IMG/VR virus record: IMGVR_UViG_3300033120_000148
Span: 11,764 to 75,763 of that record
Strand: one strand, 5' to 3'
DNA: 64,000 nucleotides
DNA from: a virus
Taxonomy: Duplodnaviria; Heunggongvirae; Uroviricota; Caudoviricetes; Crassvirales
The notes under the pieces are model-generated. The model was not told the DNA's origin and searched no databases. It saw nothing but the letters and a program-made list of their open reading frames with translations. The translations under genes were made by a program, and so were the position numbers. Of this stretch, positions 11,214 through 21,947 are shown piece after piece (position 1 is the stretch's first letter; each line of letters starts with the position of its first letter).

Positions 11214-14200
11214 ATGGGAACATTAAAATAGGTAAAATAGAAACCAATAGATATATTGAAAACTGGTCCTGCCAGTTTTAGAGAACTACAATAGGCTAAC
11301 CAGTCAAACTTTAGTCCTTAGTATTAGGCATTTGTAAATGACTTAAAGATTAAGTCTCAGCCAACATCATTATTTGATGCTGCTGCTTAGGCTTAGCAGG
11401 ATGTTGCTTCTCCATTAAATAATAGTGAAACACCATGGGGTAAAAGTAAATTTGATGCTACTTCAGCTAATGATAACACATTTAATAATTTAGGTGATAT
11501 TAGAGCTGAAAATGAACCTTGGTATGATAAAATAGGTGCAGGTATTTCTAAGGGAGCAGTACTAGCAGGTACTACTTTCTTAGATGGTACTCTTGGTTTA
11601 TTATATGGAGCAGGAACTGCAATTTCTCAAGGAAGAATATCAGGTATTTGGGATAATGATTTCTCAAGGTCTATGCAAAGTATTAATAATTATATGGAGA
11701 AAGAACTTCCAAATTATTATACTTAGAAAGAACAATAGGCAGCTTGGTATAGTCCAGATAATATATTTACAGCTAACTTCCTAGGAGATAAATTTATAAA
11801 GAACTTAGGATTTAGTATTGGTGCTTTTTATTCTGGTGGTGTTACAGCCTCTGGATTAAAATTAAGTCAATTACCATAGTTAATTGAAAAAGTAACAGGT
11901 ATAACAAATGCAGCTAGTCATGTAACTTCTGCTGTAGGTGCAACTATATCTGCTGTTAATGAAGGTAGAATAGAAGCCCTTAATAATTCAGGAGATTGGT
12001 ATAAGGCTTAGAAGACTATACTTGATGACAAATATAAATCAAGAATAGAGGCTATTTAGTAGTAGTATCAAGCTAATGCTAACAGACAAATGATTAAAAC
12101 TGCTGAGGGTTCTTATGTAGATCCTGCTTATTTACAATATAAGCAAGATATAGCTAGAGAATAGAATTCATATCAAGGTACTCTTAGAAAGATGAATGAA
12201 GACAGGTTACATATGGGCAATGTTGATTTATTAATGAACTTACCTATATTAACTGCTTCTAATCTTATATAGTTTGGTAAGATGTATGCTAATGGATTTA
12301 AGACTGCTAGAAAGACTACAAATATTACTGGAGGAATTGGTAATTATGCAGCTAATACATCTAATGCGAGAGCTGCTCTTGCATTCACTAAAAGTGCTTT
12401 ATCAGAAGGTAATGAGGAAGTACTTCAATAGGCTGCTAGTAATATATCTGGAGATTATTATGCTACAGATGTAAATAACTATTATAAAGCTAAAACTGAT
12501 CCTAAGGCAGCTAAAGATACTCTAAGTTGGACAAAAGCTTTTGCTTAGGGAATGAATGAAACATTAAATGATAACTCATCTTGGGAATAGTTCCTTATAG
12601 GTAGTATAACAGGTGCACTTGGTATGCCTAGATTTAGGTCTATTAAGAATGCAGAAGGTCATTTTCAGTTTCCAGTAACTTTAGAAGGAGGTGCTTATAA
12701 TCAGTTTAAAGATTATAGAGAGGAAGCAGCTAGAACTCAAGGAGTAGTAGATTATTTAAATAACAGAGTTAACTCCCCTGATTTTAAGAATTACTATCAA
12801 GGACTTGTTAGACATAATAAGTTCTAGAATGATATGAATTAGGCAGTAGATAATAATGATGATTTTAATTTCAAGAATGCTGAGCATTCTCAATTAGTTT
12901 CTGATGTTTCCATGTTTGCAAAAGCTGGAAAATTAGAAGATCTAAATACATTAGTGAAAGCAGCTTATGATACATCTGATGATAATTTAAAATCTATTAC
13001 TGAGAACACTACAACTAAAACTCCTAATGGTATATCTGGTCCATTTGTAGACTCTAGTGGTAATCCTATGTATGCTACTGAAGCAGGTAAATAGGAGATG
13101 ATTAATAAGCTTACTAAGTCTAAAGATGAGATAATGAAGGAAGTAAATAACTATAGTAAGATAAGAGACTAGATTAATGCAAGTACTAATGAAGCTCTTA
13201 CTGATGATTAGCTTGATGAATTAACTTGGATGACTTCTTAGATAGGTAACTTTGAAGACAGATCTACTGAGATGGCTAAGGATATTAAAACTTCTATATC
13301 TAAAGTTATAGGTAATCTTTCTTCTAAATTATCTTTGGCTACACAAATTAGACATCAAGAAGGTAAGGACCATGCAGATTTAACACCTGTTTACAGACAA
13401 GCAGATAAAGCAGTTATCAACTTAACTAAGACTATGGATAGTTTAAACTCACTACAAAGTCGAAGTGATGATTCTATGCTAAGTGCTTTAACTGATAACC
13501 CAGAAGTTGTAAATTACTTAAATAAGCAAATAGATAATCTAGATGAATCTGTACTAGATAAAGAATCTAAGAAAGATATAAATTAGAAATTGAATGATAT
13601 TCTTAAACTTGGTAAAGCTATAGATGTATTTAGAAGTAAACTAGATGAATACACCAATAACCCTGCTAAATAGTAGGAAGACCATGCTAAGATTGATACT
13701 GATAAAATAAAGGAAGAAGAGGCAAATAAGAAAGCATCTATAAAAGATAGATTAAGAAATGCTAAAGATTTATAGGAGTATAGATCTATATTAAGTGATG
13801 AGGAAGATGACACAGATGATGCTGTAAAAGACTTACAAAATGAGAACCATAACTTAACTATAACTAATAAAAAGATTAATAGTAGGTATAGAAGCTTGCA
13901 AAATGCTATACTTAATAATAAAGATATAGATGATGAAACTAAGTAGGATGCTCTTGATATGTTGGATAATCATTATAATAAAGCCAAATCACTTGGTGAA
14001 TTCAGAGATCCAAACTCAGCAAGTCTAACTGATGAAGACTACTTCAATCATGATACAGGATTTAATGAAGGGTCATCTAATGATAGATTTTAGAAAGCTA
14101 AATATGCAATTGATAAAGCTTTTGAAAAGGTAGTTAAGGATAATAACTTCATGAGGTCTCTAGCTTAGTAGCAGCCATTACAAGATATAGTTAGGCAGAC

Positions 14201-17200
14201 TACTGAAAAAAATGGAGTTAAAATAACTAAATATGGAAGAAGAAAAGGAGATAAAATAATTAATGGTACTGGTCCTAGCATAAGTAAAGATGATATTCCT
14301 GAATCAGAATTAGAAACTATTGAAGGCCTACTTGATGATATGGGAGATACAGCTAAGTTAGAACTGATTGAATTAAGAGAAAGGGATGGAAAATATTCTG
14401 GAACTGTAAGACTTAATGGGCAGATAAGTGGTGCTCCTATTAATGAAAAATTTGAATTTCTATTTGATAAAAATCCAGATAAACTGAGGGGTGTAGATAA
14501 AGAAGAAACAGGAGATAGTAAAACAGCAACAATACCAACAGAAGATAATTCAAATGAATTACCCAGGACAATTAATGAAATACCTGTAGGTGATTATTCA
14601 ATAGATGAAGTTAAAGAAGAGAATAAAAACTCTGATACTAATGATAAGAAACTTACATCTAAAGATAATTCTTAGTACTATATTCCTGCTGTACCAGAGT
14701 TGGATATTGAAGCTAGTAGAAATGGTGATTATAGAAACTTTGATGAAGTTAAAAAGGAGTAGAATCCTAAACTAGATTTCTCTAAAATATATAATTATTT
14801 ATCTAGTAATAATGCTTTTTCATATGTAAATGAAGGTAATCTTAAAGAAGGTGATAGATTAGGTTTTATGATAGATCCTAACTTTAGTGATACTACTATA
14901 TTTATTATTGATAAGAAAAATAATTAGATAGTAGGTTCTCTATTTGAGTCTGATTATAAACTAAAACAGTATGAAGGCTTGGAGCAATTAGTTAACAAGA
15001 TATATCAAGAATATAAAAATAGAGAAGATAGAAATTCTAAATTTATAGCTACTCCTACTACAAGAGTGTCTTAGATGCTTGTAGGTAGAATTCCATATAT
15101 TGCAGATGAAAAGAATCTAAAGAATGTAATAGAAGAAGGTAAAGCTAATAGTACTATTTTTGGCATAGTTAAAAATGGGTCTATTACTACTAATGAAGCT
15201 ATTCCTAGTGATTAGATTATGATGCACTCTGGATTAGATGGTAAAGAAGGTAGATTATATATGTTACTATCTAATGCTGCAGGTAAATATTCACCTGTAG
15301 CTGTGAGAGTAAAGCACTTTAATGCTGATGAATTTAATCTAGATGATGCTACTGTAGCAGAAACACCAATGGGTAAGAGTATTTCTAAAGCTATAAATGA
15401 TTTAGCTAGATCCTCATCTTAGGAAGACATAACTAATGCAATGGTTAATCTAATATAGGATATTCATCTGCAAGATGAGATAATTACTCCTATGGAGAAT
15501 AACAAAGGTAGAGGTATTCTTATAAGTTCTAAGGTCAAGGGAGCAGATGGTAAATATGAAATGGTTGAAATAGATGGTAAATAGTATATTAAAGAAACTA
15601 GAATACCTATTTACTTTACTAAAGAGGTTAAACCAGTAGAAAAGAATGGACTAAGTCTAGAATTTTCATCATTTGAAGCGGCTGATATTCCTAGTAGTAG
15701 TGTAGAGATGAAGCCTGTTTAGGATATAGTAAAGGAAATAACAAATGCTTTATATTCATTGAATAAACCTTTACAAGTAAGTACTGGAAGAATTAATTAG
15801 TCTGGATATAATGCTAGAATAATTAACTCAAATATACTTTCATCAAATATTAGTTCTACTAAAATTAAAGGAAGTTTCTTTACAACAGATTACTTTGATA
15901 AATCAGGAAATCTACATGCTGCTATAACAGTAGCAAATAATAGACCTTCAGTAGGAAGAAAAATTGAAACTGTTGTTGGTGGAAAAGAGAGTGCTATTCC
16001 AGGAACTCCTGTAAATCTTAATAATATATAGTACTATGTTGATTTATCTACTAAGGAAATAAGAGATAAATTCAATAATAAAGTTACTACTAATTAGGAT
16101 TTACTATTTAATCTAGCTTGGGTAAGAAATAACTATGGTAGATTAAAGAGTACTGGTGCTATTAAAAATAATAAAGTTTTATTGCCTGATGGTAGGGCAC
16201 TAGATATTAGTAAATAGAAGATATTAAGTGGAAAAGAGTATGATAAATTTATAGATTCATTAGATGCTGTAAAAGAGAGTACAGAAGCTAATTACTAGGA
16301 TGGATTAAAGGCTGTAGAGCAAATGCAAGAAAACTAGAAATTAGTTGATAGTCAGACCTATTCTATATTGGAAGATGATGGTAATTATTATGATTATACT
16401 CCTGCTGTAGATAAAGCACAATCTAGAGATACTATTTTAGACAATGGTCTTCACACATTAATACTATAGTTTTTTAATTCATCTGAACCTATAGTTAAGC
16501 CTGATACTATGACTAAGAAAGCCTATTAGGCATTAATAGATTAGCTAAATAATATTAAAGAAGCTTTAGAAAATAGAGGTGAGAGATTTATATCTAATAA
16601 TATAACATTATTCTATAAGTATCCAAATGGAGATAGAATAGCTGCTAAGGTAGATATAATGACTATGGATAAAGATGGTAGATTTAGATTATATGCTGTT
16701 AGAAAATAGTCTTAGAATAAAGATGATATACAGAAGATAACTAAAGAATTATCTATTATGTCAAATCTATTTAGTTCTCAATATAACTTGCCTATTTATT
16801 CTATGGCTATAATACCTTTCTCTGTAAAAACAAGAGGAAATAAGGTATCTGAGACTAAATTAGAAAAGGGTATATCTATCAAATAGAATGCAGGTACTGA
16901 TACACCAGCTATAGGTAATATATAGAAAGCTAAATCTACATTACCAATATTTGAAAGTTCCTTAGAAACTCTAAAACCTATTAATGATGTTAATACTGAC
17001 AACAGATCATTAGATTCTGATACAATAGGTTATTTCTAGATTGAAGGTAAGTTACATACTGGTTATTTAATGCCTATAGGTAATATTGAAGGTAATGAGT
17101 TATATTTAACTAGAACTGCCAATATGACAAAAGGATTTAAAGACACTGTAGCTCATGCTGCAACTTATAATTATTTTGTAGTATTTCCTAATGGTGAAAC

Positions 17201-17717
17201 ATTTAATATTAAGAATAATAGCATTACAAAAGATCCTAAGGAAATGGCTAAAACAGCTATTAATCTTTTAAGTAAAAATCCTAATAGAGTAAAGGATATG
17301 TCTACTTCTGATACATTACTTTATAAAAAAGGTGAAGAGGTAACTTAGGAAGTTGAAAAACCTAAATTAACTACTGCTAATCTATTATAGAGTAGTAATA
17401 ATAAGTTAACAGCTTCTCAATAGACTGTATTAAAAGAGTAGGCTGTAGCTGATGTAGATGAAGAATTTGAAGATGATTTGGATCTAGATGATATTACTAA
17501 TATAGGTGATTCTATAATGAGTGGTCAAAAGGCTGATATTACAGATTCTAATAATAGTAAAGATGATAGTAAGATTGATGTAATTACAGATATAGATTAT
17601 GATTCACTATCAAATGATGCTAAAAAGTCACTGACTTCAAAAGGTTGGACAAAAGCAAAGTGGAATAAAGTATCTATTGCAGAGAAGTAGAAAGCTCTAA
17701 ATTGTCTAGGTTTTTAA
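11214..17717 (+). CDS. Giant virion/tail-type protein, ~2167 aa, TAG recoded (dozens of in-frame TAG)
   Basis: Track fragments 12624, 12912, 13272, 14340, 15219, 17070 and 17478 all share frame 0. Read through, they are joined only by TAG codons, ending at TAA 17715-17717. Confidence 0.6.
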
Positions 17718-17763
17718 TTTGTTTGGTCATATTTCTAAGACTGTTAGGAATAAATTTTTTATA

Positions 17764-17803
17764 GGGGAAGCAGAGTAATCTGTTTCTCCTATTTTTGTTT
17801 GTT
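17764..17803 (+). terminator. Rho-independent terminator for the plus-strand arm: 10-bp stem (GGGGAAGCAG/CTGTTTCTCC, two G.U), loop AGTAAT, then TATTTTTGTTTGTT
   Basis: Hairpin plus T-tract ~45 nt after the stop of the 2167-aa gene. Confidence 0.5.
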
Positions 17804-17810
17804 AGGAATT

Positions 17811-17841
17811 AAAAAAAATAAGGGAAGATTTCTCTTCCCTT
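17811..17841 (-). terminator. Rho-independent terminator for the minus-strand arm: perfect 8-bp stem AAGGGAAG/CTTCCCTT, then an A8 run (U-tract on minus strand)
   Basis: Lies between the stop of the 1350-aa gene (17878) and the plus-strand terminator, giving a convergent terminator pair. Confidence 0.55.
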
Positions 17842-17877
17842 ACATTTTAATAACTAAAAATTATGAAATATATTAAA

Positions 17878-20800
17878 TTACTGCTTGAAGAATGGTATAG
17901 CCAATTCTGGTGCAATACCTCTTGTTACAGTGTTTCTCATTGGAGCTAGAGGACTTCTCATTAAGTACTTATAAGCCTTATTATGACCTTTAAATACACC
18001 ACTTTGCATAATAGCATTTTCACCTCCAATAGCCTCATAGTTATAAGGATTTATAACATTAAGTAAATCTAATGTTGATTGAATTGTCTGTATAGCAGCA
18101 GCAGGAGATTTAACTAATTTAAGACCCTCATCTATCATAGGTTTTCCTGGCACTAATACACCAATTTCATTTTGCAATCTTCTTAATTGATACTCAGCCA
18201 TTTTACCTGCCCAAGTACTATTTTTAGTGTCCCAATCAATTAAGCCTAGAGCTGTTATTATCATTAAATAATGTCCTACTTCTACTATAGCTCTCTTAAT
18301 ATTAGCTTTCTCAGTATTAGTTAATTCACTCCAAGATGAACCAATATCAAATTGAGATTGTTTTAAGTCTTTAGCTAATTGCATCATAAATCTACCTGCA
18401 GTTTTATAATAACCTTCAGTCCATTCTTGTAGATCCATATTATAAGTAGCTTCTTGAAATCTTCTATTTAAAGATGGTTTAACCCATTTTCTAAACATTA
18501 TAGCCATTCTACCTACAGCAAATTGTTGCATTGCACTTCTATCTGCTTTATTATAAACACCGTGCATTCTCTCATTAATTGCAGTAGTTTTTCTACTAAA
18601 AGCTATAATATCATCTCTAGTAAATTCAGATCCATCTTCTTTAGTATAACCATCTTTTACCTGTAACTTAGCTCCTAATTTCTTATTATTAGGATCAGTA
18701 TAAACTACTTCCATAGCATCCCATAGAGAAACTAATTTACCTTCTGGTGATTTCATTTTATATCTATCAGCAAGAGCTAATGAAGTTCTATTTTGCATCC
18801 AATGCTCACCAGCATTATTCATCATAAATAAAGCTGAACTACCAAACATTCTAGTGAACCATGTTTTTCTATCATAGTTCAACTCTTTAATCTCTGTTTC
18901 ATATTCCTGCATTACATTGAATAATTCATCCCATAGAGCTAGTTTTCCTACTTTAACTCTATTACCTATCTCTGCTAGATACTCTGGTAAAGCACTACCA
19001 TAATTTCTATCAGCATGTAAAGTATTAGATTCATTATAATACTCACCTGCTAAAGATTCAATTCTCATCATTATAGTACCAGTAGCAACATTAGAAATAC
19101 CTGACAATATATTTAGAGCCAGAGTATTAACAGAAGTTAATCTGTTAAATGTATCTGCTGTTTTAGCTTTATCTATTTTTGAATCACCAAAAGTACCTTC
19201 ATCCGCTATATATCTACCATATACTTGCATATTAAAGAAACTATTAAGTCTCTTCATGAACTTTGTTTTATCTCCTGAAATAGTTATAGGTGATTCTACC
19301 TTAGTTCCAAATACCTTAAATTTTTCCTTTAATGTCTTTCCACCTGAGGTCTGCAAGATCTTTCTTTCTCTTAGTAAATCTCTTCCTAATTCAAGTGTAT
19401 CTAGTACCTTATTCATTTGATTATAGTCATTAGCCATAGCTGCATAAGCAGTTAATGTTGACACTGCATCTGTTGATATATCATTATTACTTTCACCATC
19501 TTTTAGATTAGTATAGTAAATAGGCAATGACATAACTTCATTACCACTGAAATCTTTAGTAGCATGCTTATAACCAAAATCAGTGTCATCTGCTCTTCTT
19601 ATAAAAGAATCCTTTATACTTTCCCATATTTGTTTAGTTCCCGACTTTAAATCATCAGAGCCTTTAACTCTTTCAACTAGGTCTTTTCTAATCTTAACAG
19701 TATTTAAGAGCTTGGCATTAGGTAAATATGAATCTAGTGACTTCTTTATTTTCATAAATTTATCATAGAATTCTCTTTGTGCTGGAGTTAATTTCTTAAA
19801 AGCTTCACTACTATAAATTGAAATCTTAGGTCTATGTACACCATCTACAGTTTCAAAGTTCTCAGTAAACCATTTCTTTCTTTCTCTTTTTGCTTCTCTT
19901 TCTTCATTAGGATCAGATATACTAGGATATTTATCATGTAATCCTTGAGTCATCTCTTCATATTTCTTTTTATATAAAGAGTAATCAATTTCTGATATAT
20001 ATTTTCCAGTTAAATTACCTTCAGCATCTCTTTCAAACATCCATTCAGTATCTTTAATACCTGACTGCTCTAATGTCATTATAGCAGATTGTAACTCTTT
20101 AACAACATCTATAGTATCTAATCTAGCATTCTCTTTACTCTTTTTAACAGCTTGATCCATTATTTTTAGCATATAGTCTGTACTATCAGCCATTGAATCC
20201 AGCCAAAGATTAAAGAAAGAAATATCCTTACCAGCTTCTTTAACTATATCTTCAGCAGTCATTGTAGTACCTTTATATTTTCCAAAGGGAATAGTAATAC
20301 CATCACCTACAAATGGCTTAATAAAGCTAACAAATAATGGCATTGCAACTTCATTATAAGTTATAGATAAATCATTTAGTACCCCAGTAGCTTCATCTAA
20401 AACTTCTTTTAGTTCACTAGAGTACTGATTATCATCAAATCTACTTTCCTCTAGTACTGATTTTCTTATATCTTTAAATATAGGTTCAAAGCTACTCATA
20501 TAATTTCTTATATCTCTTAGAACTCCTGCCTTTTCATTTATTGATTTACTATCATTAGTAGAAGATCCTGCTAACATACTATTTAATCTAGAGTTTACTT
20601 TCTGTAGTTCATCTAGAGCATTCTTAGTAAATTCTGAAATACCATTAATTATTTCATTATTCTCTATACTTTCAGTAATATTATTTATTACTTCTCTTTG
20701 ATGTAATGTAAACTTGGCATTATTATTTCTAGTACTATATATACTCAATCTTTTTAACTCATTAGATTGAATACTCTTTAATAGGTCTCTAGTTTTACCT

Positions 20801-21930
20801 GCTCTTTCAGATAATTGATATAATCTATTAGTAACTTTAATATTCTTTAAATCTAAGCTATTTGATAGATCACCATTAAGCAGATCATCTGCTATAGTAT
20901 TAGCAATACTATTAGTATTAAGTACAGCCTTTTGAATATCTGTAGTACCTATATTATAAAAGAAATCCCTTATTACATTTATTAATCTTATTAGAATAGA
21001 TTTATATGGCTTACTAGGAATACTTGCTACATCTAGTAAGTGTTTAGCCACTAACTTTCCTGCTGCTTCTTTAGCCATATCTGCAGGATTACCATTATAC
21101 ATTATACTGTAGTCATCATAATCCTCTCCTAATATTTCATTAATTAAATCATTATCTACAATAGAATTAATTAATCTATTAACTAAAGGGTTATCACCTA
21201 ATGCTTCTACAGCAAAATGGGAGAATTCTTCTGGTAAAGCCTTCTCTCCTGCTTCTCCTTGGGCTAATCTAATTAACTGAATTATACCATCTACAGAAGC
21301 TTTAGCTAATTCAAAATCAGTAACTCCATTAATATTTAATCTTCTCTCTAAATCATTTAGAGCACCTATTGATATATTTTTACTCTCTAATATTTCTCTT
21401 AATCTAGTATTAAGAGCTTCATTATAACTCATATTAGAAGCATTTAGAGAGTTGTAAGCATTTCTTCTTTCTACCTTAGGAGCAATATATATTTCTCCTG
21501 TCTCAGAGTCTTGTACTTTTACTACTGAAGCTACAAAGTTATCTCTGTAGTCAGAAGTAGTATTAAATTCAATAGCTTTTTGTTTAAACTTGTTATAGTT
21601 TTCTTGGTTATTTATATTTAAAGAAACTCTATCAGACCCCTTTTTAAAATAACCAATATCTTTATTTAGTTTTGTAAGTACATTACTTTCTGCAATGACT
21701 TTATTTAAACCTGCTTTGTACATTAAACTACTTATAGTAGGTTCTCCATTTTCATCAAGATTTAATTTACTATTCCAGTTATTAATAAAATCACTAGATT
21801 TGGTTTTTAAATAAATATCTCTAGCAGATTCTCTAGTAGTTAGTGATAGTAGACCCTTAAAGAGTCTACTATCTACTAATTCATTATTTTTGTTTTTTAC
21901 TTTAGGAATAATTGCACACTGTAACTTCAT
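17878..21930 (-). CDS. Giant hypothetical protein, 1350 aa (virion/RNAP-associated type in crAss-like phages?)
   Basis: Uninterrupted standard-code ORF with TAA stop. Sits immediately downstream of the 2401-aa gene with an 18-nt spacer. Confidence 0.7.
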   Translation of the reverse strand: MKLQCAIIPKVKNKNNELVDSRLFKGLLSLTTRESARDIYLKTKSSDFINNWNSKLNLDENGEPTISSLMYKAGLNKVIAESNVLTKLNKDIGYFKKGSDRVSLNINNQENYNKFKQKAIEFNTTSDYRDNFVASVVKVQDSETGEIYIAPKVERRNAYNSLNASNMSYNEALNTRLREILESKNISIGALNDLERRLNINGVTDFELAKASVDGIIQLIRLAQGEAGEKALPEEFSHFAVEALGDNPLVNRLINSIVDNDLINEILGEDYDDYSIMYNGNPADMAKEAAGKLVAKHLLDVASIPSKPYKSILIRLINVIRDFFYNIGTTDIQKAVLNTNSIANTIADDLLNGDLSNSLDLKNIKVTNRLYQLSERAGKTRDLLKSIQSNELKRLSIYSTRNNNAKFTLHQREVINNITESIENNEIINGISEFTKNALDELQKVNSRLNSMLAGSSTNDSKSINEKAGVLRDIRNYMSSFEPIFKDIRKSVLEESRFDDNQYSSELKEVLDEATGVLNDLSITYNEVAMPLFVSFIKPFVGDGITIPFGKYKGTTMTAEDIVKEAGKDISFFNLWLDSMADSTDYMLKIMDQAVKKSKENARLDTIDVVKELQSAIMTLEQSGIKDTEWMFERDAEGNLTGKYISEIDYSLYKKKYEEMTQGLHDKYPSISDPNEEREAKRERKKWFTENFETVDGVHRPKISIYSSEAFKKLTPAQREFYDKFMKIKKSLDSYLPNAKLLNTVKIRKDLVERVKGSDDLKSGTKQIWESIKDSFIRRADDTDFGYKHATKDFSGNEVMSLPIYYTNLKDGESNNDISTDAVSTLTAYAAMANDYNQMNKVLDTLELGRDLLRERKILQTSGGKTLKEKFKVFGTKVESPITISGDKTKFMKRLNSFFNMQVYGRYIADEGTFGDSKIDKAKTADTFNRLTSVNTLALNILSGISNVATGTIMMRIESLAGEYYNESNTLHADRNYGSALPEYLAEIGNRVKVGKLALWDELFNVMQEYETEIKELNYDRKTWFTRMFGSSALFMMNNAGEHWMQNRTSLALADRYKMKSPEGKLVSLWDAMEVVYTDPNNKKLGAKLQVKDGYTKEDGSEFTRDDIIAFSRKTTAINERMHGVYNKADRSAMQQFAVGRMAIMFRKWVKPSLNRRFQEATYNMDLQEWTEGYYKTAGRFMMQLAKDLKQSQFDIGSSWSELTNTEKANIKRAIVEVGHYLMIITALGLIDWDTKNSTWAGKMAEYQLRRLQNEIGVLVPGKPMIDEGLKLVKSPAAAIQTIQSTLDLLNVINPYNYEAIGGENAIMQSGVFKGHNKAYKYLMRSPLAPMRNTVTRGIAPELAIPFFKQ

Positions 21931-21947
21931 ATCTTATACTTAATTAA

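Noticed and set aside
5220-16796. Minus-strand ORFs inside the recoded arm (5220-5405, 8222-8509, 8561-8797, 10516-10755, 13583-13813, 16796-17002) and off-frame plus ORFs (7795-8064, 11584-11784, 12274-12474)
   Set aside because: They are antisense or off-frame to the long recoded genes and have Leu/Ile/Phe-rich, low-complexity translations typical of spurious ORFs in AT-rich DNA.
2091-17690. Seventeen short plus-strand ORFs in the track (e.g. 2091-2504, 3099-3302, 3900-4217, 4962-5186, 6666-6863, 8628-8939, 9835-10074, 12624-12827 ... 17478-17690), treated as separate small genes
   Set aside because: They are co-frame fragments of 7 larger genes separated only by TAG codons. No TAA/TGA intervenes, so calling them as independent genes is an artefact of standard-code ORF finding.
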